The notes beneath the pieces are model-generated. The model saw nothing but the letters and a program-made list of their open reading frames with translations. It was not told the origin of the DNA and ran no database searches. DNA of 59,554 bases, counting the filler, from Dugesia japonica (taxonomy: Eukaryota), in NCBI GenBank assembly GCA_001938525.1. It is 6 parts of 6 records of this genome, joined end to end, with 100 filler letters (N's around TTAATTAATTAA, not from the genome) between each part and the next. Parts side by side here need not be neighbours in the genome. Positions count along the whole stretch, not along the records: positions 9,291 to 18,226 come from MQRL01638214.1; positions 18,327 to 26,454 come from MQRL01576008.1; 4 more parts are not named here. The stretch is one strand, 5' to 3'. Made by a program: the position numbers and the translations under genes. Positions within the stretch are counted from its first letter, which is position 1; the number at the start of each line of letters is the position of its first letter. Shown here in pieces: positions 12,607-24,279 of the stretch.

Positions 12607-14800
12607 TGGCAACTACGCCGAAATTAATGCGTTAACTAGAGCAAAACGCGAAGTAAGGCAAAAGATTTTTTAAAATTTGCCTCAAAAAACCCAAGAAATC
12701 TTGATTCAGAAACCAAGTTTCTTTGATGGTCTCAGTCAAAATGCCGAAGATTGGATGTATACAACATATAAAGATTGTGATCGGGTTAAAACGGCATTAA
12801 ATTATGTTGCTGACAGAACTCTATTTATTGAAAACCTTATTAAAAAATATGGATCGATTTTTATGGCATCCAAATTTGATTTAGGANTCACTACATTGAT
12901 TAAGCATCATGTTAATACTAAAGGACCTCCAATTTCTCAAAATCCAAGAAGACAACCAATGTATTTAGAAGATAAAGTTGATAAACTAATTGACGATTTG
13001 TTAGAATCAAAAGTTAATGCGTTAACTAGAGCAAAACGCAAAGAAAGACAAAGGATTTTTTTTAATTTGACTCCAAAAACCCAAGAAATGTTGATTCCGA
13101 AACCAAGTTTCCCTGATGGTCTTAGTCAAGATGCCGAAGATTGGATGTACACAACGAAAGATTTTGCGACATTCAATTAAATGGAAGTTGCTTTTGCATT
13201 AGATATGCTTCTAAGAAGTGATGCAAAACAGTTATAGGAAGAATTTACCTGTTCAAGTGATTCTGTTATTAATGAGGAGGTTGAAAAATGGTTTATGGAA
13301 ACCTTTACAAATACAAAATTGATTTTTGATAAAGTAAAGGAATTTTCTTCAATAAAACAGAGAACAGACGAGAAGTACAGAAATTTTGAGATTCGAGTGA
13401 AAAAAATGGTTACAGATGTGTTTCAAAAGAAATTAACAATTGAAGAAATTGCAAGAGCATTTATTCTGCAAGGATTAGAGAGTGAGAAACTACGCGAATC
13501 CTTTGCTCGAGCTCCATCAATGTCTGACGAAAGAAGAAGAGAATATGCAATGAATTTAGAAAAATTGGTTTCGCATTGAGAAGTCCATGTCATGAAACCA
13601 ACATATTCGCAAGCGATTAGTAAACCTCGATATTATAATCAACGTTCAGAAGGGAAGACACATTTTGGCCACCAAAGGAATTCAGGAAATTTAAAATCTT
13701 TAGAAAATAGAAATCAATCTGAAAAATCTACTGCATATAAGGATCAANATAAAAATTTTTCACAATCAAACAATAATGAGAATTTTTCTTATTAAGCTAT
13801 AGGATCAATGAAGATGATTGCTATGAAATTCTACAATCCGTGTAGCGGTAAAACAAGGTGCATGCGTTTGTTGTGGTAATATGAGTAATAGACGAAATGA
13901 ATGTCCACTTAAGAATAAATGCTTAATTTGTGCTAAAAATGGTCCTTATTTCAAAGACTGCCATTTAGATACGTCCGTCAAAATGGAAGAAAATCATGTA
14001 TTCATGACGAAGAGCAAAGTGCAAACAACATGAATAATTTAGATGAAATCCATGATATTAATGGCAGCGAAATGTAAAAAAACTCTTACCAACTCCCTGT
14101 AGCTATTTCGACGGTGGAGTTGAGTTAATAAATTCTATTATTAATAGAGATAGAAAAGTGGAAGTTGAGATGAATGTTGAAGAATTTAGAATGTTTCAGA
14201 AGTTAGATGGACGGCAATGTAGTATTATGAATTGCAATGGCTGTGATATTGAAATGTTGTGGGATTCTGGAGCATCAATAACAGTGATGAGTGAAGAAAA
14301 TTGGATCCGAATTNGTGCACCTAGTATGATAAAGTCAGAAGTCAGGTGTTTTTCTTACTTGTACTTGCTTGTTATTATCGATAGATTTAGCAAACTATTT
14401 CGACTGATAACTCTTATTAAACAAGATGAAACAGCAATATCAGATGCAATAAAGAACCAATGAATTTATCGATTTGGAAAACCAAAATCAATCTTATATG
14501 ATCGGGATAGAGTTTTTGAAGATAGCAAATAAAACGAATTGTGTGTAAAATTTTGAATAACACAAGAATATACATCACCTTGCTAACATCAAGCAAACGG
14601 TCTAGCAGAGTGAGAAGTTAAAACTGTCAAAGATATGTGTCACTTCAGTGAATAGTGATAAGAACAGATTTACTTGGGATAAATACATTCCCAAGATTGA
14701 ATTTTCAATTAATGCAACATATCAAAGCGCTATTAAGAGATCTCCATTTGAAGTTCTATATGGGCGAAAATTGCTGTTACATGGGTTGTCGAGAAATGAG
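12607..14800 (+). mobile_element. Internally deleted Ty3/gypsy element: gag, protease, integrase (RT/RNase H mostly missing)
   Basis: Gag KPSFFDGLSQNAEDW; knuckle remnants CVCCGNMSNRRNEC and CLICAKNGPYFKDC; protease LWDSGASITVM fused directly to integrase YLLVIIDRFSK..FGKPKSILYDR..ANGLAE. Confidence 0.88.
14077..14122 (+). promoter_or_regulatory. Putative -1 programmed ribosomal frameshift signal at the gag-pol junction
   Basis: Slippery A AAA AAC (14077-14083), 6-nt spacer, then stem CAACTCC-CTGT...ACGG-T-GGAGTTG (14090-14122), located between the end of gag and the protease. Confidence 0.65.
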
Positions 14801-16152
14801 CCCGCTAATGAAACAAAAGTATAAATATACTTACAGTATATAAACTTGTCAATATTGTCATTTGATCACTCTTTTATAAAAACTAAAATGCGGACTTCGT
14901 CATTTGCGACTTAAGACCGTTTAGTTAAAAATAATAACGTATATTTATTGTAATATAGCAACGTCAAAAAAAATTTTCAAAGTAAATCTTTTTATTAAAT
15001 ATAAGTGTTAGCTGTCGATGATTCCCCTAACATTGTAAGAATTATCAATTATGTATAATAGATATTATGATGACGCCGAGTACATTGAAATGAAACGTCA
15101 ATAGTGTTAATATTAATTAATTATAATTATCAAATGTTAATGTAAATAGAAATGTAAATAGAATATAAATATTATAATATTTAATAGACTGAAATTTAAA
15201 AATAACTTACTATGAACTTTACAAATTCAATAACAAATCATAAACTGATAATCAAATGATAATCCACTAATATAAATTCCAAGTTCCATTAGGTTTTGTT
15301 AATACAATTGAATAATCGAAATAATAAGACTGTACTTTTAAACGAAAATATTTTTAAGTTTAATAATATATTTTATAATATATATTATGTTCTAAATTTG
15401 TATTATATTTCTTACTTAGTTTTCGCGGTGGTTACCCATTATTCAAACAACCACTCCGAAAACTTAAGCGTTTATAATTTCAAAAATTCCTCACTTTAAC
15501 TCTAATTATCTTTTCCTCACAATAAGAATTCTATATAGTATAATATATTTATAAAAAATATCATTATATTTATAATATATAGTAATATAGTAATTTATTA
15601 ATATATAGTAAATATATTAAAATCATATAAGGTTTATTATATAACGGTACTATAATTTTCTAAACTCATCCAATTGTTGACTTGCCTTTACAATAACCAA
15701 AAGACATCTCAACAATATAAAAATTACAAATTTTCGAAAGTTTATAACAAAATCATTTTAATAAACTCTCAAAATGTTTTAAGACAAAAAATGAAGTTAA
15801 AAATAATAAATTTTTGTTGAATGATTTCACCACCTCCGTTGGATTCTTGATAATTCAGCACCATAAAAACACAATATTTAACAGTGTCTTTTCTCAGTTT
15901 TCTTATTGTTGGGGTCCCACCTGAGTTGATCTTGAAAAATATGCTGGCCGGGGAAAAACGATCCTCAGTGGTACCCCTTTAAGAATTTAAATCTAATGTC
16001 CCTGGATTCAGTGCAGAGCGGTTGACCTTCATCACTGATTTGAGGTTCACACTCCTACACCTTTGGTTTGGGTTCCTATTTATTTCCCTATTAGTTCAAT
16101 CATTTAAATAAATAAGCAAAAATGCTATTATTAATAGATATTTTAATATACA

Positions 16153-16514
16153 TTACATCTCTTCCAGAGCCCCTAGGTCTAACCATTGGGTCGGCTCCTC
16201 AAGAATAAAGTTAAATGGCGCGATTTCATCGTTATCATCCTAGTCAAGCCATGGCGCATTGCCCAATTGGTGGTACAAATCGGAGATATACCGTTTTAGA
16301 AAGTCTACTTTATTTTGGAGAAGTTGTTTTGTTTGTTCCGCCAGGTCTCCCTGCTTTTTAATGATAACATCTAACTTCTTAATCAGCTTATTCCGTTGTG
16401 CCAGATGCTGCAATAAAACACGCTCGGTCTGGCGTTTGTGATGTCGTTCTAATAGAAGTCACCGGATTATTCTATGGCAACGTCTTAGACTGTTGGGGAA
16501 TATAATTCGTGGCA
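16153..16514 (-). pseudogene. Cassette copy 1, ORF-B (~120 aa, coiled-coil-like; 2 internal stops)
   Basis: tttag|TG CCA CGA ATT gives [M]PRIIFPNSLRRCHRIIR*LLLERHHKRQTERVLLQHLAQRNKLIKKLDVIIKKQGDLAEQTKQLL..; homologous to 21031-21342. Confidence 0.75.
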
Positions 16515-16646
16515 CTAAATAAAATGCATGATTAATTAATGTATTTCTCTTAAAATAAATGAATTATTAATTGACTAATAGTTATGTTGGAAGAATTTAA
16601 TAAAAGGAGGGAGTTATTTATTTATAATTTACAAAAATATCAAATT

Positions 16647-17005
16647 TCAAAACCGCAATGTCTGTGTGGTTTTGTCGATCATCAACGGTTTGGGCGGCAT
16701 CACTATTTATGGCTTTAAAATGTATTTGACCAGTTTATTTTCTCGGTCTTGGTATGACCAGATGACTTCGGCGAAGGACTCTATTTGGGTCTTCCCTACT
16801 CTTTCCTGGGCATGTGATGCTTCAGCCTCCTTCCTAAATTCAACACATTTGGCTTTATACTGTTTTACTTTGGCTTCTGCAGAAGCGGTATCTGCCTCCC
16901 AACACCGCTTGGCGAGGCGATAGAGGTCCCAAGTCATCTCTTGGTCCTCGCTTGATTCCTGCATCTTTTTTATCGAAGCAGAGAAACTATTCAGAGAGGG
17001 GTGCA
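16647..17005 (-). pseudogene. Cassette copy 1, ORF-A (~119 aa helical protein; 1 internal stop)
   Basis: tttag|TG CAC CCC gives [M]HPSLNSF..MTWDLYRLAKRCWEADTASAEAKVKQY..LMIDKTTQTLRF*; homologous to 21454-21809. Confidence 0.78.
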
Positions 17006-17203
17006 CTAAAAGTAAGTAACAAAACATTAAGATATTTAAGTTGTAATAAAGACAAGATAACATTTGAAATTCTAATTAAACACACTCACTTAGACTTTAA
17101 AGTTGCTAAATCCTAAAATAGGTTGCCACAACACATAAATAGACCCAAGAAACATATTTTTTATTCCATAGCAAAACACAAAACACAAAAAAATTAGAAT
17201 GAT

Positions 17204-17620
17204 TTAAGCTCCATTCATGTCAGAAGTATTATTGTTTTCGGAGATACCACCACCTGCCTGATTCCGCAGCTCCAATAAGGTACTGTTTACAAATTCGGTC
17301 AACCTAGTGAAAGGCGGAAGGTGAGCGGTGGACACGGGTATGACCGAAAGCCCGTCCTGCCATACACTGGTGGTCTGAAGAGTCTCACGGTTTGTGACTG
17401 TGGTAAGGTGTAGTATTTCTTGTGTACGATCATAACCCTTCCATTGATAGAAGGCCTGTCACTCGGCTGCAGCCCACTCTCTTTCATTATCTGTGTCCTC
17501 CTTGAATAAATTTGAATAGTCTACAAGAACTCCAGCGTTTCGGTAGTAAGGGTTCCAGTATCGACGGAATATCACTCTATTGGTGCGCCGATCGAACAGT
17601 GTTTCCCATACGTGTTCCAT
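17204..17620 (-). pseudogene. Cassette copy 1, ORF-C (138 aa; 1 internal TGA)
   Basis: tttaATG: MEHVWETLFDRRTNRVIFRRYWNPYYRNAGVLVDYSNL..E*QAFYQWKGYDR..; homologous to 22101-22441. Confidence 0.75.
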
Positions 17621-17777
17621 TAAATTTATTTGGTTCTGTAATAAAGTTGAATTAAAATTAATTTTAGCTATTTACGAACTAAGTTAACAAAAATGTGTTG
17701 CAGAAGGATTCAAAATTTTTGACTAAGACTCGCAATATATATTTAATTTACGCCAGAGATAAAACCAAATACACTGA

Positions 17778-17968
17778 TCAGTCTTCACTGTCTATATCAA
17801 CGCTACAATGTAATGGAAATAAGTCGACGTAACATTGAAGATCCAACTCATCGGGGGTAGGGATACTATCTGGGAAGAGAAGATGTGCGATTAACTGCTT
17901 TCGGCAAATTCGCTTACATTATCGCCGAATAACAGCTAAGGTTTAGGTTAAGATGCTTGAAATTAATC
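17778..17968 (-). pseudogene. Cassette copy 1, ORF-D (3' portion)
   Basis: ILT*TLAVIRR*CKRICRKQLIAHLLFPDSIPTPDELDLQCYVDLFPLHCSVDIDSED* aligns with 22546-22731. The 5' end is undefined. Confidence 0.6.
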
Positions 17969-18326
17969 TGAATGAAAATTATCAATGATAATAAAAGATT
18001 TCTTGTTAATTGAACATAACCCGGCGAGAGTGATGATTATTCGTTCCCAAGATTTTTCGTAGAAGCTAATCCTATTTTTAGCATAAAGCGACTTGATAGT
18101 GATACTATTGCTCTTATCTCCTAATAGTAACCGTACTGATAACGCTAGTAAAATTCATAATAAGAAAATAATTCTGAAAAACTAGATATCATAGAACTTT
18201 ATTAACAAATAGATTATTAGTGATACNNNNNNNNNNNNNNNNNNNNNNNNNNNNNNNNNNNNNNNNNNNNTTAATTAATTAANNNNNNNNNNNNNNNNNN
18301 NNNNNNNNNNNNNNNNNNNNNNNNNN

Positions 18327-20968
18327 AGTATAAAAGGATTTAATAGACTCGGAGAAACAATGTTAGAGAAAAACGAGGAAAGATTGGATTGCGCAAATAA
18401 CAGCTCATTGGAAACGATTGGAAAGATACGTGTCGAAGTTATAGTTTCAGAGGTATGCAAGGAAGTAACATCTATAATAGTAAAAAAACTAATATCAAAT
18501 CTAATTGGTGGAGTGGAATTTCTGAATATGTTTAGGTATCATCTTCAAAAACGTGCAGGGTAAACACCAATAATCATCGAGAAAATTTTGTTTGCAACAT
18601 TGAGACAAAATTTGAAAGACAAATACAGACGGGTGACCAATTGAGACATGCAATGGAAATTCTAGAATTGATTGACTGCAATTATTCAGAATAATGAGAA
18701 TGTATTTATGGCGGATAAATGGGACATTGTATGTACACACTTAACAATGCTTCGAATAATCACTACAGGAGGTTCAATTAACATAAAACCGTATCGTCAA
18801 TCAATGAATCTAGAAAAGATTGAAGAGGCCATCAAGAATTTATATTATAATAGTATCATCCTGAAGTGCAATTTGCAATAGAATATGCCATTTATCCTTT
18901 TTTAGAAAAAGGAAAAAAGGATATGCAATTATGCTTAGACTTTAGACAGCTCAATGAAATAACNNNNNNNNNNNNNNNNNNNNNNNNNNNNNNNNNNNNN
19001 NNNNNNNNNNNNNTTTTCCTATGCCAAATGTGGACAAAATGCTAGATGCTTTGGAAGGTACGCAGTATTTTAGCTCAATAGACTTGGAAAATGCATACTA
19101 CCAAGAAAATTTCAGTGAAGAATCTCAAGAAAAACGAAAGAAATCGACCAAACAAGGGGAATTTTGTTTCAATAGAATGCCTTTTAGAATTGCAGCAGCA
19201 CTACGTACGTTCCAGGAAATGATGAATAAAGTAATCGGAAAAATAAAGGGAGAGATGGTTTATCTAGTTAATATTCTCATATTTACCCAAACAAAGGAGC
19301 AACACAATGAAATAATCAATAAAGTATTAACAGAAATTAAGAAGGCTGGTCTTAGAGTTAATCCGGAGAAATGTCAATTCTTGCGAAAGAAGATCAAATT
19401 TTTGGGACACCTTATCAGTAAAGAAGGTGTCAAACAGATCCAACTAAGATAGAATTAATAAAGAACTTTTGTAAACCAAAAAGACGTTAAGAAAATGAGA
19501 AGCTTGTCGAGAATTTGCAATTACTATCACAAATTTATTAAAGATTATTCGAAAAAAGCTAGATTGCTGGAACAACTCTGTAGTGTAACAAGAAAATTGA
19601 ATTGGCGAATAAATTAAAAGAAGTTTTTAATGGAATGAAAGAATGGACAACAATGGGCAAGAAAGAGTAATTGCATATGAATCGCACGAAATGACGAGTC
19701 ATTAAAAAGGATATTATACTTAGCGGAAAGAATTACTCGCAATTTAATACTTTTGTATTCATTTTAAAAATTATTTATCTGGGAAGAGATTTATTCTTAG
19801 AACAACCATAAAGCTATCACTTTTATGCTAAATACAAAGAAGCCGATTACATCACAGTTTAAAATCTGGATTAATTATTTGAGTTGTTTAGATATAAAAT
19901 TGGAATATAGAAAAGGATCGCTTCATACACATGAGGATATGTTGTCAAGGAGTAAGTTCGATACATGTTCAAAATGTCTAATGTCACATAAAAATTCCAA
20001 AAGTAAAAAATTAAAAAACAAGGATGTTAAATACAGTAGATATTTAAGGAAAACAAGGCAATTTTGAAGAAAACGATGAAGGAACATGGATGGTTAAGTA
20101 GACGAGGTTATAATGAGGACACACCATCTTTTCTGGCATGCTCAAGCAGAAAAAATAGCGTAGTGTATGAAAAGTAAATATAACGCAAAACATTTGTGGA
20201 ACAAAGTCCAAGAGATTGTTCCAACCTGTATAATATGCCAGAAAGCTAAAGTGTTGACAACAAAACGAAGGAAGAAACGAAAAAGACACAGACAACTGTT
20301 ATTTATAGATGTGTGTGGACCACTGCCGGAGACAAGAGGTCATAAAAAATATGTTCTCGGTATAATAGATCAATTCAGTAAGTATGCAGCCTTAATAGCA
20401 AAGACAAGACAAGATGTAGATACCATACGGAAAGCAACAATAGAGAAGTGAATATTAAAGTTCGGTTGTCCGAGATAAATTCGAGTTAATTGTGGAAGAG
20501 CATTTGAGTCTAAATCAATGAAAGATTTTGCAGCAAAGCATGAAATTACCCTCAATAATTTGAGTCCATATCATCATAACACAAATGAAAAAATCGAGGG
20601 TTAGTTTAGAACTATGCGAGATATGATAAATGAGCCACTTAAAGAAAAAACCTCAGATTGAGTGGATGTATTGCTAGAGATGGAATTTACCTTAAATGCA
20701 ACAAAACAGAAAACTAAAAGAAAAAGCCCTTCTAAAATCGTATTTGGGAAGAGAATAAGCAGAGAAAAATGGTACTAAACAAATACCCAGAGTGCATAAA
20801 GAGCAAGATAAAGAGAAGTTAACCGAAAGACAATTCGTTTTCTGTGATGAAGTCTTAGTGAAAGTTGAAACCAGAAACAAGATTGTTATGAAGGAGCTTT
20901 TAAGATCAAGAGAAAGATTCACGACAGACGTTACATCCTAGAAGATACAAACGGAAAAAGTTAGCAAG
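18327..20968 (+). mobile_element. Degenerate Ty3/gypsy pol (protease, RT, RNase H, integrase)
   Basis: PYRQ, LCLDFRQLN, YFSSIDLENAYYQ, FNRMPF, VYLVNILIF (decayed YxDD), KCQFL..KFLGHLIS, CIICQK, KKYVLGIIDQFSK, SPYHH; many frameshifts. Confidence 0.93.
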
Positions 20969-21030
20969 AGGAATTTATTTTACACATAAAACATTTAATT
21001 CTACATAAAATTTAGCGCCTCAGAGTCAAG

Positions 21031-21342
21031 TCACTGGGAGGGATAGCCATTCAGAAAATCAAATGCGGCCTCATCGTCGTCGCTATTCCACCTTGTCCAT
21101 GACCCCAGCTCTAATCGGGTGGATGAGCTAGCGATGTATCTGTTTAAGAAGTTAATTTTCTTCACAAGAATCTGCTTGGTACGTTCGGCCAACTCTCCTT
21201 GTTTTTTAACTATTAGATCTAATTTTTTGATTAGCCTATTCCGTTGGGTAAGATGCTGTAACATAGAATGTTCATTTTGTTTGGTAAATTGCCGTTCTAG
21301 AAGTAATTTTTGGATTAATCGGTGGTAGTCGTATTCTTGGCA
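21031..21342 (-). pseudogene. Cassette copy 2, ORF-B
   Basis: tttag|TG CCA AGA ATA gives [M]PRIRLP, then a frameshifting deletion, then HRLIQKLLLERQF..MLQHLTQRNRLIKKLDLIVKKQGELAERTKQIL..FDFLNGYPSQ*. Confidence 0.75.
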
Positions 21343-21453
21343 CTAAAAATTATATAACATAGATTTTTTAACACAACAAATGAATCAGAAATTCAAAGTA
21401 GATTCAACATGAAATATTTATTTAAAGACATGACAGGAAAATCATATTAACGA

Positions 21454-21809
21454 TCAACTAAAAGTTTGTGTGGCCTTATCTACCATCAAAGCCTCTAAAG
21501 AAATATGGTTCCGCATTTCAAGTAAATCGGAAACCAGTTTATTTTTACGGTCATGGAGGGACCGGATAACATCCGCAAAGTATTCCAGTTGGCGTTTCCA
21601 AAAGCGCTCTTGAGTATGGAAGGCATCCGCTTTGAGTGGGTAATTACGACATTTACTTTGGTAGCGTTTCACTTTAGCATTAGCCGCAGCAGTATCGACC
21701 TCCCATTTTCTCTTGTATAACCGGTATAAGTCCCACGTCATGTCGAGGTCCTCACTTCCTTCATGTAATTTCTTAGTGGGATAGACGGATCGGTTAAGTG
21801 ATGAATGCA
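21454..21809 (-). CDS. Cassette copy 2, ORF-A (open frame, ~118 aa, unknown function)
   Basis: tttag|TG CAT TCA gives [M]HSSLNRSV..MTWDLYRLYKRKWEVDTAAANAKVKRY..LMVDKATQTFS*; uninterrupted, and similarity to copy 1 starts at the AG|TG. Confidence 0.75.
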
Positions 21810-22100
21810 CTAAACAATTAAGATACAATTACCCATTTACTGGTTGTTACAAATAAGCTCAATTAACTTGCTGGCCATACTTAATTAAATAAAAGGTGAA
21901 AGAAAAACCTCCCAGCCTACAAATAATATTTCAGGTAATTTCTTCTACGGTTACACCATAGTTGAACGTAAAAGGAAGTCAGATTATGATGGCGGTATGT
22001 ATTCAAATGTTAAACCTAAGTAGAATGATTAGACATAAAACAAAGATCGCAAACAGACTATTAATTAAAACAACTTTATTTGTAACAAACAACATCAAGA

Positions 22101-22441
22101 TCAATTTCTGGAATTTTCAATGTTTTCCAAATTTTCCAAGTTTGTAGGGTTCCCAGGCTCCCTAACTTTCTATAGGAGATTATCAATGGCCACTCTTATC
22201 CCAAGGGGAGCCGGTAGAGTCCCATAAGAAAACTGGGTTATCAAACTACGGGTTGGGCCATTCCATGAGTGAAAGTTCTGGCTTTCTCCTAAATCTCGGA
22301 TCCGTTCAAGTATCGTTTCCACAACAGGCAGGTTAGAGCGGTCTACTAACATACCGGCTCCTCTATTCTAGGGGTTACCTTGACGCCTGAAAATCATCCG
22401 CAACATTCGGTGATCTCAACTTTGCTCCCATTTATAGTACA
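22101..22441 (-). pseudogene. Cassette copy 2, ORF-C (internal stops)
   Basis: tttag|TG TAC TAT gives [M]YYKWEQS*DHRMLRMIFRRQGNP*NRGAGMLVDRSNL..ESQNFHSWNGPTR..; the N-terminus aligns without gaps to copy 1 ORF-C. Confidence 0.72.
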
Positions 22442-22545
22442 CTAAATTAAAAAAGTAAAATTTAAATATGATTAAAGACACAATTACTAATTACAGAATT
22501 ATTAACACCAATAAGGATTTATTCACACCCAAACAGATATAATAT

Positions 22546-22731
22546 TCATGGTTCATAATCCAGATCTAGACCAGATTGAAGCGGAAACAACTCTTCAAAG
22601 CATCACAGATCTGTTTCATTCGGGGATAGAATCAGATCTGGGACCAAAAGGTATCCTACCAATTGCTTCCTACGGGATCTTTCCCTCTTTTTACGGATAT
22701 ATTTTACAGTTTCCGTTAGAATATAGGTCAT
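22546..22731 (-). pseudogene. Cassette copy 2, ORF-D (3' portion)
   Basis: MTYILTETVKYIRKKRERSRRKQLVGYLLVPDLILSPNETDL*CFEELFPLQSGLDLDYEP*; homologous to 17778-17968. Confidence 0.6.
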
Positions 22732-22959
22732 TTAATAAGGGTAATCTATGACCTAAATACAACAAATTCAATATCAATGATGGTGCATATGGGATTTTAA
22801 ATTCAGGTTCGACCTGTTACTAGAAAATCTCAAACGGAACATATCGTAATTTACTCCAATAATCTGCGAAAGGTTAAAAAATTTGATTTAATAGTCATAT
22901 TTAAACCGAATAAAACAGTTGACATTTAATAATAAAGGGGCAATAATGTTTCGTGAAAC

Positions 22960-23285
22960 CGAAAACTCATATAACAGTAATAATACTGGGATTTTTACTA
23001 ATCATGATCGTGATAATAAAAATAATACTGGTGATGATAACCAGAAAGGGATTGCGGTTAGTGACATTAATAATGACATGAAAATAATAAAAACAATGAT
23101 AAGAAACCATAACTACAAAAATAATAATGAATGTCCTACTGATAATGATGATAGGAATAACGATAATGACAATATTAATAATAATGTTACCAATATCAAT
23201 CATAATAATAATAATATTAATAATAACAATAATAATAATAACAATAACAGTTACGATAATAATATTAATAGTAATAATGATTTTC
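22960..23285. repeat. Degenerate (AAT)n low-complexity tract
   Basis: aataat/gataat/aacaat repeats that generate Asn- and Ile-rich spurious ORFs in several frames. Confidence 0.8.
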
Positions 23286-24279
23286 ATTAAAGCGTCGGCC
23301 ATAATATCACTGAATGATGTTCAATGCCCAATTGATGTTGAGTAAAATTGATGATAATCTTTTCAATCATAGGGACACGAAGACATCCACCAAAATTATC
23401 ATAAGACCAGTGTATCGCAATAAGAATCACAAGTTGAGAAAATTCATCGGGTGTTGACACGGTGATTCCACTGGTGATGAGTAATGATGACTCTTCTCGA
23501 TTGTGGATGAGTTTGTTAAAATATGAAATGACCAAGATATTTTTTACGTGAAGTCATGAAACGATAGTTTAATACCGGGATGTGGTTATGCCACCATAAT
23601 CATTAACTTGTCTGCACTAATTCGGCAGATGGGCTAACTAGATAGGACAACATACGGCTGGTGTTGCTAGTTATAATGATGGCAAAGGTATCTCCATAAA
23701 GATAAAGTTGGTATGTATCACTACTGATTAACTATCATTCCTTAGCAATATTGTACCAAGGTCTCAATTTCCATTAGGGGCCCTAATTTTCTGGATTTAA
23801 CGGCAATTATTGCTGGCGTGCATACTCTTAACAAAATAGGCAGCGGAGAAAGTTAAATCATCCTCAGTTCGTGATTTACACACATCTCTCATATCACCAG
23901 ACAGCAAATATCTACTACCAATATTGATTTGTAGTTATTGCTATTATTGAATTTAACTGATATCAGTTGTGGAAATAATTTACGAAGAAAATTATATTAC
24001 ATTTCCAGTGGCAGAGTGACCAAGATTGAATACTATTTAATTTAATATAATCAACTCGCTTTTAATCGTTTATGGAAAATTTTAAAATAAAACTTTACAC
24101 TGTTAATTATTATCGATGAATCTAAAATTAAATACGTAAGTTTGATCAAATAATCCTTATTTATTTATATAACAAAGCATCTATTCATTATTCATACACT
24201 AAAAACAAGAATCATACTTACTAGTTAATAGTAGACTCGTCTGCAACAGGAATTGTAAATTTTAACCATCTTCTCCTTA

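Noticed and set aside
16259-16923. Plus-strand ORFs over the cassette (also 21119-21328 and 22548-22751)
   Set aside because: Antisense shadows of the conserved minus-strand ORFs.
17299-17487. ORF-track 62-aa protein MKESGLQ...
   Set aside because: Alternative frame of ORF-C; the frame conserved with copy 2 is the 17620-17204 frame.
22919-23345. Asn-rich and Ile-rich ORFs in three frames
   Set aside because: By-products of a degenerate (AAT)n tract; no coding signature.
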